Positions 13,326 through 25,455 of a DNA stretch of 64,000 bases are shown here, in pieces; the first letter of the stretch is position 1, and each line of letters opens with the position of its first letter. The stretch comes from Ginglymostoma cirratum (lineage: Eukaryota). The stretch lies in NCBI GenBank assembly GCA_024137785.1, contig JAHRHZ010000091.1, positions 6,390,292 through 6,454,291 on the forward strand. The letters are read 5' to 3'. The notes beneath the pieces are model-generated. The model ran no database searches. It had not been told where the DNA came from and saw nothing but the letters and a program-made list of their open reading frames with translations. A program made the position numbers and the translations under genes.

Positions 13326-16300
13326 TCGCTTCTGTACAGAAGATCCTGAACTTTTAAGAAAATCCTGATTAGAAGACAAGGTTTTGCATCTCCACACTTA
13401 TCATGCTGAAAAGCAACTTAAATATGAGTGGTTACCAAATTTTGCTACCTTTGTCTGAGGTGACAGATAACCTTGCCCTTAGTGCAGAACTTGATAGATA
13501 CATATATAAAGCAGTTACCAGTTATGACAGCTCTCAAAGCATACATGGTTTAACGTCAAACTAATCCATACATTATAATCTAGTTACAACCTTATGTTTT
13601 TGTAATAAATTGTGATGGCAAGGCATTTTGTAATGTTGCCCTTTCTGTTGCTCAAACTTAGAGAGATAAATACAGTTGCTCCATAATGGCTGCCTGTAGC
13701 TGATCATGTGTAATTCTTAGTACAGCTCACAATAGATAGGTGATTAGATATAGGGAGTCTCTTTTTGCACATCACTTCAGAAATGAGGAACTGAAGAACA
13801 TTGTAACACATTTTTGGAACTGCAAAAATTAATTTTGAAGATGTTCAGAGATTGCTGATTACAAACAAGATATTTGGATGTACAGTGTGTCAACAGGATA
13901 CCTAATTGAGTGTATGCACTGAAGACATTTTTGGAGTCAGTGGGGGAATTCAGCCCTATTGAAGAGGTCTGATTTAATTATCATCAATGGCTATACTTTG
14001 AAAGTGAATAAAAAAGATGAGGATCAAGTAACTATTTTTCTCACCATGATATGTGGTCAGATGTTTTTGAGGTGGGTGTGAAATGTCTGAGAGATCCAAG
14101 TACTGTGGAATATGCTGAAATTAATGAAATTCCACCATGTACAATAGCAGGACACAGAATGAAATTGCACTGAGGTATAAAAAGATTTATCAAGTGAGAC
14201 TATTGCAGATTATCTTTTTAAATAAAGAAACTTTCTCATCACTACGGATATGTTGTGAACATAGCAATCAACCTTATAAACACATATATAGGATTCCGGA
14301 GAAATGAAACAAAGATGTGGTTGCAAACTATAAGTGTGTTTTTTTTTTCTTGACCCAGTGGTAGGGAGAGGGCCACCAAATGTCAGTGAGATCCAGATCA
14401 CAGCAACCAAGTTCGCAGTGTCCAAATCAGCAGTTCAGCTACTACCATTACCATGGAAGTCATGCGCCATTTAAATGTCCCAATTTCTAGTCAAAGTATT
14501 ATGCCTGTGGGAAAGTTGGTCATATCCAGTTAATTTTTAAGGTAACAGAGAAAAGTAATAATGCTCCAGGTAGAAGTTCAATTTCCGGTCACTGCTATGC
14601 ACCAGGTCAAGGTCATGATCAATCTAAAGCTCGCTAAGGAGTCATGTGGAAACAGAAATTGATGTTGTGAATAGGAAGTCCTGTGATTGTACTCAATTTG
14701 AAATCAAGCAGAGCAGCACTTGAAGAAGAGTGTGATAAGCTGAAGCCAAAATTCCACCTTCCACAATAGAAATGAAAGTCACATATTCACAACTTATATC
14801 AATCATACAGCTGCTACCCAATCTGTTATCACAGGAGAGTTCAAGAAGTCTAAGTGAGGCTGTCGGGGCAGGTGACATTATTTCACTGACCTGTGTAAAA
14901 CGAACATAAGCTGCGTGGAGCTCATTGGGGAGGGATGCATTGTTGTAAGTGATTCTTTGCTTTGCAGCCTGTTATATTATGTAAGACTTGCCACAGTTGA
15001 CGTTTGTTTGGTTAGTCTGGGGTTCTAGTTTAGTCTGGTATTGTCTCTTGGCATCAGTGCGAGTTGAACTTAGTGTTTGAATGGATTATGAAGATGCATC
15101 CTATTATTTCCCATTGGTAGTTGTAAGTGGGAATAAGGTCTCCTCATTGGAAAGGAACTGGCTTAAATGACGTTAAGTGTTGAGTTAGAGAAGGCCTATT
15201 TATTCCTTCTGTAAATGACATATGTTCAATATCAACAAAATGGCTTTTGAACAAAGAGGCCAAATGATAAAATTAGGTATTAAAAAGCTGAGATCAAGAA
15301 CAATGTACAGTTAACATTTTCCAGGGCTAGGCCTGTGTCTTACATATAGCTAGAACCGGTAAATAAAGAACTGAACAAGTTAGGAAGAACTTGCCTGAAG
15401 AACACTGAATGGGCCGCATCCATTGTGGTAGTTCAAAAAGCAGATGGGTCCATTTTAATTTTTTGGAGATTATAAGCAAACAGGAAGAAAAGGTGGTTGC
15501 GAATGATGCTTAAACATTACCTAACTTTGATGCTTTACTTCCTAACTTAGCCACGATATTTATTAAGGTAGATTTGTCAAAAGCACATTTGCAATTGTAA
15601 CTAACTGACAAGAACAAGGGACTGCTTACTATTCATCTACAGAAAGCAGTGTGCCAGTAAAAAATACTACATCTAGTGTTTACCCTTAGTGGTGTGCTAA
15701 GTGTCATGTACTCAAGTACTAAGCAGTATGAAAAATGTATGCAGCATCTTAGATGACATTTTATTCACAAGACAGAAAAAGAGCACATTGTAAAGTTGAA
15801 GGAAGCTAGATAGACTTCAGGACTACAGATCCAAAGTTAAAAAGCACATGTTTTACTTCATGATGTCAATCGTAACACATCTGGGTCATCAAATAGATAG
15901 TGAAGATATACATTCAAAGCAGGAGAATGTTGAAGGAAGGTTTGAAAAGCAAAGAACTTGTACAGTGGTCCCTATGAAGGTTTTTATCATTCTAAGTTTG
16001 TTCTTGACTTAACTAATACAGTTTTTTTCTCCGCATCAAATGTGCGAAGATAAAATAGATTAGGACTGCTCTATGGAATGAGATAAAGTACGTGAAGCCA
16101 AGTACCAACTAGTGATAAAGTTTTGACTCACTGTGATCTCAAGAACCATTTAGTTTTAAATGTGCAATGCTTGAGCACAGGAGCTACAGGTGTGGTGGTA
16201 TCTCTCTTAGTGGAAGATAATATGAGAAGGCTGTAGCTATGACAAATTTAAAGCCAGAGCAAAATTACTAGCAAGTTGGAAAGAAGCATTAATATATATG

Positions 16301-16371
16301 GTACTAATAAGTTTCACAAATACTTGTATGGTAACATGTTCGCTTTGTTTACTTGACTACTAAGTCCTTAT

Positions 16372-16545
16372 TTGTTTTGCATTCATTTATGGGATGTGGG
16401 CATCACATGTATTACCCATTGCTACTTTCCCTTAAGAAGGTGATGGTGAGCTGCCTTTTTTGAACTGCTGCAATTCATTTCATGTTAGTTGAGCCACAAA
16501 GGCGTGAAGGAGGATGTTCCAGGATTTTGGCCCAGCAACACTTGT
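16372..16545 (-). mobile_element. 3' tail fragment of CR1-group LINE nested in the Gypsy element
   Basis: Reverse complement of the LINE 3' end at 56640-56820. Confidence 0.7.
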
Positions 16546-16814
16546 ATGAAGAAGTGTGGTAAAAGGGATGAGTGTAAAAATATATATAATATGTATTAGT
16601 ATTGTGACATTTGATTTTAAAATAGAGGCAAATAATGTTCGTCTTTTCTGTAAAGATTTTTTTTTAAAACGGTCAGTAAATCATTTCGAGCAATGTTTCA
16701 AGTGCATCAATTCCAAGAAAGCGTGTGACTGCAGTAAAGTGTTTGGCAGAAATCTCGAAGCTTGAATGGATGGAATGTTTATATTATTGCTTTTACAATA
16801 CACCAGACAGCAAT

Positions 16815-16950
16815 TAAACAAAAAAACCGAAAGAACAGCGGATGCTGGAAATCTGAAACAAAAACAGAAATTGCTGGAAAACCTCAGCACATCTGGCAGC
16901 ATCTGTGGAGAGAAACCGGAGTTAACATCTTGGGTCCCGTGACCCTTCTT
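16815..16950 (-). mobile_element. Penelope-derived family B terminal repeat (single arm with tail)
   Basis: gcggatgctggaaatctgaaacaaaaacagaaattgctggaaaacctcagc..gagttaacatcttgggtcccgtgacccttc. Confidence 0.75.
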
Positions 16951-17359
16951 TATTAGTTTAGTTTAAAATTCGGAACAGGAGAATCACATTCTTAATTCAG
17001 AGGGCTGAGAACGAGAAACAATTTCTCATGATGGGCAGAATTGGGATTTCACTTCAGAGAAACCAGTCACCCTAGCCAAAGTGCTTTAGTTTGTGGAGCT
17101 TCAAAGCCGGGAGAGTTTGGGCAGAAATCTTCAATTTGTTAGAACTAAGAAAGTTTACGCTAGCAGAATAGTGAAAGGTTAATGACTGCAGAATTGGAAA
17201 GGAATTATTAAATTGTCTGTGCAGTGTAAGGAGAAGAAACTGAGAGGAGTCAGTTAAGTAAAAGCTTAAGAGTTGAGGTAGAAGTGACATTTCTTTAGAA
17301 CTGAGTGTCTATAAATGGATGGTGTTCGGAAGTGGGTTGAAACTTTGTTTTAATAGATA

Positions 17360-17482
17360 AAAGCACTAAGGATGCTGGAGATATGAAACAAAAATGGAAA
17401 TTGCTGGTGAAACTTAGCCGATCTGGCAATATCTGTGGGGGCACAACTAGAGTTAACATTTTGAGTCTATTGACTGTTCATC
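17360..17482 (-). mobile_element. Penelope-derived family B terminal repeat
   Basis: Homologous to 16840-16950. Confidence 0.65.
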
Positions 17483-18167
17483 TTTAAGACAATCTAAGAC
17501 AGGCTCATCCTGGAAACTGATTTGTTGAATGTTGCCATCAGCTGAGATCATAACAGAAGGGAGTGCATCTCAAGTAGCAGCACAATTTGAGAGATTAATA
17601 TTGGTTTTGATGGCCCATCATTAAACATTAAATATTAAAATGCCGTCAGCCATGCAAATGTAGGTATTCTATTCAAATATCCTGTGAATACTGATTTATT
17701 CTTAGCCCGAGTTATATGTGCACTACTTTACATGAATGATACAGCAGGGTCTCCTGGAGAAATTAATGAAGAAACCTGAAAGATGTGCTCATATATGTCA
17801 TGAATAGCTCACCGATAAAGTGATGATGAGAATTTTTGGGACTATTTCATGCAGAGGCCATCTCCTATGATACTGAAGAATTATTGTTCCATCTAGATTT
17901 AGAGAGAGATTTTTAAGTACTTCAAGAGCACAGGGTCTGTATGTTAGTAGTAGAATGAGCTACTTTTGGTGTCTGAAGATGGATAGTGATGTTGTAGCAT
18001 TAAGAAGTAGTGAATGTTTATCAGATTTTATAACATAAGAAAGCCTTGGGAGTTGATACACATTAATTTCTTTGAAGTGAAAGAGAAATGGAATCTTATT
18101 TTGGTTGATAGAACCAACATTTATTCACTTGGTGGCATCGACATCGGGCAAAGTGGCATTGGCAGAG

Positions 18168-18313
18168 TCTCCTTCCCCTCCCCCATTTCTGAAGAAGGGT
18201 CCAGACCCGAAACTTCAGCCTTCCTGCTCCTCTGATGCTGCCTAGCCTGCTGTGTTCATCCAGCTCGACACCTTATTATCTCAGACGCCAGCATTGGCAG
18301 TTCCTACTATCTC
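18168..18313 (+). mobile_element. Penelope-like family A terminal repeat with hammerhead-like motif, inserted in Gypsy integrase
   Basis: ctgaagaagggtccagacccgaaac at 18189-18213 followed by family A body and tail. Confidence 0.8.
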
Positions 18314-18399
18314 ATTTGTTCACTTGCTTTGCCCAATTCCATAAGTGCCAGTACAACGGAGGTTCTGAGAGACTGGGTTCCAATTTATGGATCACCTTG

Positions 18400-18745
18400 T
18401 GCATGGCAGCATGGTAGCACTGCTGCCTCACAGAGCCAGGGACCCAGGTTCGATTCCAGCCTCTCTTTTTCTTGAGATTGGAATGCCGCTGTTTAGGGGG
18501 TCATTTGTTGCCATCCTTAATTACCCATGAGAGATGCTGGTGAACCACTTTCTTGAACCATTGCAGTCCACATGGTGTAGGTACACCTCACAAGGCTGTT
18601 ACAGAAGGACATCCAGGATATTGCGTTAGTCATTTTGCATTTTTGGATAAAAAACAAAAAATGCTGGAAATCACAGCAGGTCAGGCAGCATCCATGTAGA
18701 GAGAGCAAGCTAACGTTTTAGTTTAAATGACTCTTCGTCATAGCT
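18400..18745. mobile_element. Cluster: HE1 SINE head (+), LINE tail (-), family B arm (-)
   Basis: tagcactgctgcctcacagagccagggacccaggttcgattccagcc; LINE tail 18470-18625; aaatgctggaaatcacagcaggtcaggcagcatc. Confidence 0.65.
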
Positions 18746-18957
18746 ATATATTATATGTCTCTGCCATTTCACAGTTCAATGTATAAGTTGCTATTTTAAC
18801 CACAAGAGGGAGTGTGATGGATTGTACTGACTGCACACTTTGTTTTCCTATTCTCTTTGCTGGGGACAGGTGAATAAAGTTATTCCGTATTGGTTTTCTG
18901 TCTTCGTGCAGTCCAGAGGTTCAGTAATTGTGTGGTAATACAGTTTGAGTATTGCTG

Positions 18958-19280
18958 AAAAACAGAGAGACATCTTTTTTTCTTGCGCTTATCAGAGTAA
19001 ATGTAAGAATATCAAATATCAAGGGAATAATAAAGTATCAGAAAAGGATGCTGATTTTACAAAGGATCATAAAAGTATTCCGGGTGGGGACTTGTCATGG
19101 AGAATGCACCAGAGAGGAATAATTCCCCCAAGCTATTTTTGAAAAACAAGTTGATTCTGGTCGAGGCATCGGGGTATTATCCTTTACAAACATAAAGAAC
19201 ATGTCCAGTCATTAAAATGTGTTATTCTTGTGTGAGTCCTGATGAATCAAAGAAAAGATTTGCACTGAGCCTCCCTTTGT
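18958..19280. mobile_element. Family C non-autonomous element with inverted degenerate hammerhead-like ends
   Basis: Left tcttgcgcttatcagagtaaatgtaagaata is an imperfect inverted repeat of right tattcttgtgtgagtcctgatgaatcaaagaaaag; shares ggagaat block with 33405-33600. Confidence 0.55.
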
Positions 19281-19329
19281 CCCTCCTCTGCCTTTGTGGA
19301 AAGTACGCAAAACCATTTTCCAACCCAGT

Positions 19330-19410
19330 TAAGTTCTGAATAAGTCATATCAGACATCGTAGATGCTGCCAGACCTGCTGAGCTTCTCCAACAATTTCTG
19401 TTTGTTTCAA
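19330..19410 (+). mobile_element. Family B terminal repeat fragment
   Basis: gttctgaataagtc..agatgctgccagacctgctgagcttctccaac. Confidence 0.65.
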
Positions 19411-19489
19411 CAGCATGTTTAATACCGTTGCTCAAGTTTTGAATATCATTTTTTGCAAATTTCTCTAATGTTCTACTTAAATAGTCAGC

Positions 19490-20667
19490 ATGGTTTTTTG
19501 CCAGGAAAACTTGATTGAGTTTTTTGAGGAAGTTACAAAAAACATTGGGCAGTGCAGTGGACATTGTTTCGTATTTTAGTAAAGCCTTTGACAAGGTTCC
19601 ACATGGTAGACTAATTAGTAAAGTTAGGTCACATGAGATTCAGGTGAGATTGCCAATTGGATACATAATTGGCTTAGTGGCAAAAGACAGAGTAATAGCG
19701 GATGGTTGCTTTTTTAACTGGAGGTCTGTGACCAGAGGTGTTGCCACATAGATCAGTTCTGGGTCCTCTTTTGTTTGTCAAATATATAAATGATTTGGAT
19801 GAAAATATCTAAGGCATGGTTAGTAAGTTTGCGGACGACACCAAAATTGGTGGCATAGTACACAGTGAGAAAGGTTTTCTAAGATTACAAAGGGATGTTG
19901 ATCAAATGGGTCAATGAGCTGAAGAATGACAGATGGAGTTCAATCTGGATAAATGCGAGATATTGCATTTTGGTACAACAAACAACGGTAGGGCTTATAC
20001 AATTAAAGGTAGAACCTTGGGTAATGTCGGAGAACAGATGGACCTGGGGTGCAAGTGCATAATTCTTTTGAAGTTTGTGTCACATTTAGACAGGGTAGTT
20101 AAAAAAATGTTAGGCACGCTTGCCTTCATTGCTCAATCCTTTGAGTATAGGAGTTGGGAAGTCATGTTGACATTGTACAGGACATTGGTGAGGCCTCTTC
20201 TGGAATACTGTGTCCAGTTCTGGTTGCCCAGTTAACGGAAGAATATTAAAGGCTGGGATAGGCTGGGAGTTTTTTCACTGGAGTGTAGAATGTTGAAAGG
20301 CAACCTGATAGAAGTTTATAAAATAATGGTATATATAGAGTTAATGGTAGTTATCTTTTCCTTCGGACAGGGAATTTCAAGACTAGGGGACATATTTTTA
20401 AGGTGAGAGGAGAGATATTTAAAACAGGCATGAGAGGTAAATTTTTTTTACACAGGATGGTTCACGTGTGGAATGAATTTCCTGAGGAAATGATGGATGG
20501 GGGTACAAGTATAACATTTTAAAAGACATTTGGATAGGTACATGAATAGGAAAGGTTTGGAGGGATATGGATCAGGACCAGACAGGTGGGACTAATTTAA
20601 TTTGGGATTTTGTTCGGCATGGACTAGTTGGACCGAAGGGTCTGTTTCTGTGTTGTATGACTCTATA
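19490..20667 (+). mobile_element. CR1 LINE 3' half (RT and 3' UTR)
   Basis: [51 protein letters not shown]; tail tgttgtatgactctat. Confidence 0.92.
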
Positions 20668-20695
20668 AACCTCAAATCAGTGAATCTGTTAGTGA

Positions 20696-21737
20696 TAACA
20701 CAGTATGGAGCTGGAGGAACACAAGCAGCATCAGAGGAGCAGGAAAGCTGACGTTTTGGGTCAGGACCCTTCTTCAGAAATGGGGGAGTGGGAAGGGAGC
20801 TCTGAGATAAATAGAGAGACGGGCGGCATGGGTCTGGGGAAGGTAGGTGGGATAGTGATGGGTGAGTGCAGGTAGGCAGTGGTGGGGATTGGTCAGTGAG
20901 GTGGGAGGAGTGGATAGGTGGGAGAGAAGACGGACAGGTCAAGGAGACACGGATGAGAAGGAGGGTTGGTCATGGGATGAGGCCGGGGTGGGGAGATTTT
21001 GAAACTAGCCCCACTACCCCGGCACCTTTCCCTGCAACCGCACCTGCCCCTACACTTCCCCACTCACCTCCAAGGGCCCAAAAAAACCTTCCACATCAAA
21101 CAGATGTTCACTTGCACATCTGCTAATGTGGCCTATTGCATCCGCTGCTCCCGATGTGGCCTCCTCTACATCGGTGAGACCAAGCAGAGGCTCGGAGACC
21201 GCTTTGTAGAGTACCTGCACTCAGTCCGTGACAAACGACAACACCTTCCAGTCGCGAACCACTTCAGCTCCCCCTCCCATGTCCATCCTGGGCCTCCTGC
21301 AATGTCACAACGACGCCACCGGGAAACTGGTGGAGCAGCACCTCATATTCTGCCTTGGAAGCCCACACCCAAGATCTCAATTTGGACTTTACTAATTTCA
21401 AAATCTCCCCACCTCCGGCCTCATCTCATGACCAACCCTCCCTCTCATCCCCGCCTCCTTGACCTGTCCGTCTTCTCTCCCACATACCTGCTCCTCCCAC
21501 CTCACTGACCAATCCCCACCACTGCCTACCTGCAATCACCTATCACCATCCCACCTCCTACCCCAGCCCCACCCCCTTCTCTCTATTTATTTCAGAGCTC
21601 CCTTCCTCCTCCCCCATTTTCTGAAGAAGGGTCCCGACCCAAAACGTCAGCTTTTCTGCTCCTCTGATGCTGCCTGTGTTCCTCCAGCTCCGCACTCTGT
21701 TATCTCTGACTCCAGCATCGGCAGTTCTTACTATCTC
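20696..21737 (+). mobile_element. Penelope-like element: GIY-YIG endonuclease fragment between inverted terminal repeats
   Basis: FTCTSANVAYCIRCSRCGLLYIGETKQRLGDRFVEYLHSVR..PVANHF; 20696-21005 is an inverted copy of ~21392-21707; TSD tgaaYctgttagtga at 20681-20695 and 21738-21752. Confidence 0.92.
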
Positions 21738-22481
21738 TGAACCTGTTAGTGAATTGCAGTGTGTGCTATTTATCTCCAGGTTTGCTCATAACAAGTTCTT
21801 AATAGTAAAGATATGCAAGTCTTGCTCTTCCATAAATACAGTATCTGTTCTGATGTAACAATGCTTACTCAAACAAGGGAATTCTAGCTTTGTTGACTGT
21901 CTAGTTAATAATTTATCTAATTGAATAACAACAAAATCGATGCTGAAAGATTAGTCTAAGTTGCAGTAAGAACAAATGACATTTTAAAAAAAGCCCTACT
22001 TGATGCCACACAAAATCCTATTTTTTGTGTTGGTAACTCAGTTGTGCGGTGTCATTTGCATGCTTGTCTGGATACATGCTGCAGTTTATTTCAATTGGTT
22101 TATATTTGATTTAAGATAAATACATTTAACTGCTCAGTGCAGACTTGTATGGTTAGGGGAGCTATCAGACAAAAAAGGTAACTGTGAGATTGGTTCCATG
22201 GAAGTAAAATATTCATTACAACCTCAAACCTCAAATGTGATTTTATTCCATTGTTGAATGCTCTGTATACCTTGGACTGTATAATGTTTATGCGACTGGA
22301 TGAGCAAATTTTAAAATCTGAATTCTGTAACATTTTGAGGCGAATTATTTTTGATGAGTGGTTAGAACAGCGCTCTGTATTCAGATCTTTGTTTCTTATT
22401 GTGTAACTTGCAAAAATTATTACTGACAATGTCAGTAATGACCACAGAGTGTTTAAATTTAAAGCACAGCTTTTAGCTTTT

Positions 22482-22507
22482 CACGCACGCACACACACAC
22501 ACACACA
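22482..22507. repeat. (CA)n microsatellite
   Basis: cacgcacgcacacacacacacacaca. Confidence 0.9.
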
Positions 22508-23022
22508 TATATCTAAATTTATAGCAGGTGAAATGGCATATATTCACATTGCGAAAAGGATATTAACAAATATCTAATAGTGAAATGTAGCAGTGATACG
22601 TGTGTGTTTGGAATTGATGTTGAATGTTTAGGATTTTATGCTTATGTCAAAAATACAACAACAGTAGACGTTTCAATGTTGATTGTCAATTTGAAGATAG
22701 TCTGTGCCTGCTTTTTTTTAGCCTATGCTGTTTGTTTAGATTGGTCACATTTACATTGTTTTGTTTTGTTTCAATAGGACTAAACGTTACTTGTTTTATT
22801 CTTTCAATACCTGATTGCTATAATGCAACAAAAACAATTTCTCCACCTATAATGTAGTTGCAAAGTACAAAACTAATTCATTTGAATCAATTTCAGTGTT
22901 TAATAGATTAGACTAAAAGCATGCCATTTTGTGCTGCTGAGTGGGAGTGATAAAGGGTAGACAAGTTTTCACCTTTGGACACTTGTTGAAATTTAGTTGC
23001 TTCTGCTGACATCTCTATGCTC

Positions 23023-23652
23023 TGAGATAGTAGGGACTGCAGATGCTGGAGAATCTGAGATAACAAGGTGTAGAGCTGAATGAACACAGCAGGCAAGCAG
23101 CATCAGAGGAGCAGGAAAGCTGACGTTTTGGGCCTAGACCCTTCTTCAGAGAAGNNNNNNNNNNNNNNNNNNNNNNNNNNNNNNNNNNNNNNNNNNNNNN
23201 NNNNNNNNNNNNNNNNNNNNNNNNNNNNNNNNNNNNNNNNNNNNNNNNNNNNNNNNNNNNNNNNNNNNNNNNNNNNNNNNNNNNNNNNNNNNNNNNNNNN
23301 NNNNNNNNNNNNNNNNNNNNNNNNNNNNNNNNNNNNNNNNNNNNNNNNNNNNNNNNNNNNNNNNNNNNNNNNNNNNNNNNNNNNNNNNNNNNNNNNNNNN
23401 NNNNNNNNNNNNNNNNNNNNNNNNNNNNNNNNNNNNNNNNNNNNNNNNNNNNNNNNNNNNNNNNNNNNNNNNNNNNNNNNNNNNNNNNNNNNNNNNNNNN
23501 NNNNNNNNNNNNNNNNNNNNNNNNNNNNNNNNNNNNNNNNNNNNNNNNNNNNNNCTTCTCTGAAGAAGGGTCTAGGCCCAAAACGTCAGCTTTCCTGCTC
23601 CTCTGATGCTGCTTGCCTGCTGTGTTCATTCAGCTCTACACCTTGTTATCTC
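23023..23652. mobile_element. Palindromic Penelope-like family A element spanning an assembly gap
   Basis: Identical inverted arms 23057-23154 and 23555-23652; TSD atctctatgctc at 23011-23022 and 23648-23659. Confidence 0.8.
23155..23554. other. Assembly gap (400 N)
   Basis: Run of N. Confidence 1.
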
Positions 23653-25002
23653 TATGCTCGGATTTGTCTTGTTGCCTATCTGATCTGCAGTTCTGGATGA
23701 GCAGAAATCTCCTGCAAGTGCCCTGAATACAGCAGTAGTAGTGACAACAAAACTTGCAGCATTCAACATTTCTATCACTTACAAAGGAAAAACAGCATCA
23801 AGAAACTGAAGACGCAGGATAATACGGCAAACCAGAAGATGATGTCAGTGATCCTAAACCCCTCAAGTGGGTGTACTGTGAAGGTCTCTGTGTCCATGTT
23901 TTTAGGTCACCAGATATGTTGTGGCATCAGCTTGAGGGTTTTCTATGCTCCGAATCCAGTATTTGGGCTTCCAGATATTGAGCAGCCTTTGAGAAGCTGT
24001 GGTCAGTTTTTTGAGAGCTTTAGAATATGTGGGGTTTTGGTATGAATTTCAAGTAGTCTATATCCATGTCTGGGAGTTAGTTGTTCTAAATTGGAGATTA
24101 AGAGATCAGCATCTACAGTTTGGGTTTCCGGACAGAAGTTTTGGGATCTGTGTTTGAGGTTCCAAGTTCAGGTTTTTGGAGAGCAGAAAGCATTTCTTAC
24201 CTCCCTTCAAAATAACCTCCTCTGGATGTAGTCATTGGCTTCAGTGGGACCGATCAGAGAAACTGCTCCACCTCAGTCACAGGTTCTCTCTGACCAAACC
24301 TCCTTGCTTCTCCTTCCGTCGCAGGTTTGTTCCCACTCAGCCACTCAGCCACCCAACCTTGTTCCTTCAGTCATAGATTTTGTCTGTCTTGAAGAGCAGC
24401 AAGTGTTGGAAAGACGGAATCTGTGATTTGCAGAGCTGGAATAGTGAGCATGGGAGGGAGAGAATCCATGATGAAAAGAACAGGTTCTGATCTGTCCCTC
24501 CCACATATGGGTGAGACTATTTCACTTTTGTCAGTTATTAATTTTCCATGGGCTCTCAATGGTTTTCTAGTTGTTTCTTTCATAACATTTGAATGTGATT
24601 AGCTGCTTATTTCTTCAGTTATCATCACTGTTGCTGGATGCCTGGAGATTCCCTTAACTTGGTGTCAGAAACAGACTGATGCCAGGAAAGGAAAGGTCTG
24701 TGTTTTAGAGATTGCCACCTCTTTATGGGAAACTTTCTTTGAGATCAGAGATATGAAACATTGCTTTTTGGACCATGAAACCCAGCCCAGTATTGGAAAA
24801 AACAAAGCCATTGTCTATGGTCATCACTGCAAACAGTTTTCCTCAGGAATCACTCTTCCTGATTACTGTTTGAGGCTGAAGCAAGCCAGCCACCCTGTTT
24901 TCCCTGAGATGAGCTCCAAACCATAAGGTGGGACTTGAACCTTCACTTCTGATTCAGTGGTAGGACATGACCCCAAATTATTTGTAACCAGCCTGTTTAG
25001 AC

Positions 25003-25362
25003 ATAGAGTCATAGAGCTGTGCAGCATGGGCACAGATCCTTTGGTCCAACTTTTCCATGCTGACTAGATATCTTAAATTAATCTGGTCCCATTTGCCACC
25101 ATACTCCTTTCAACCCTCTCTATTCATATACCCATCCAGATGCCTTTTAAATGCTGTAATTGTGCCAGACTTCACCACTTCCTCTGCAGTTCATTCCATA
25201 CATGCACCACCATTTGTGTGAAAAAACTGTCCCTTAGGTCCCTTTTTAAATTTTACCCCTCTCAGCTTAAACCTATGCCCTCTAGTTTTGGACCCCCGCC
25301 CCAACCCTGGGGGAAGAGTCTTTGGCTATTCACCCTATCAATGCTCCTCATGATTTTATAAA
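25003..25362 (-). mobile_element. CR1 LINE 3' end
   Basis: catagagtcatagag tail (reverse of ctctatgactctatg); homologous to 20290-20667. Confidence 0.85.
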
Positions 25363-25369
25363 TTCTGTG

Positions 25370-25455
25370 TTGTGACACACCTCCAAGGCACATGGGATTT
25401 GAACCCCTGGACCTTCAGGCTTGGAAAGGGAAGACAGCATTGCATGCAAGACTGT
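25370..25455 (-). mobile_element. Short tRNA-derived SINE (also at 30868-30980, 39908-39985 and 61680-61770)
   Basis: tgacacacctcc..gggatttgaacc; B-box ggttcaaatccc on minus strand. Confidence 0.55.

Larger units (their letters stand above)
13611..18942 (+). mobile_element. Ancient Ty3/Gypsy LTR retrotransposon (gag-RT-RNaseH-integrase) with nested insertions
   Basis: gag-like GEFSPIEEV/VTIFLTM (~13940-14060); RT EWAASIVVVQKADGS (15407), KVDLSKAHLQL, LDDILFT (15749), LGHQIDSE; RNaseH KFHKYLYG (~16310); integrase KPWELIHINF..LILVD (18041-18110), NGGSERL; polypurine tract aagagggag at 18804-18812 then TG..AATAAA..CA. Confidence 0.8.

Noticed and set aside
18405-18465. tRNA-like A/B boxes
   Set aside because: HE1 SINE head, not a tRNA gene.
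23015-23700. 204/206-aa ORFs
   Set aside because: Artefacts of translation through the N gap.
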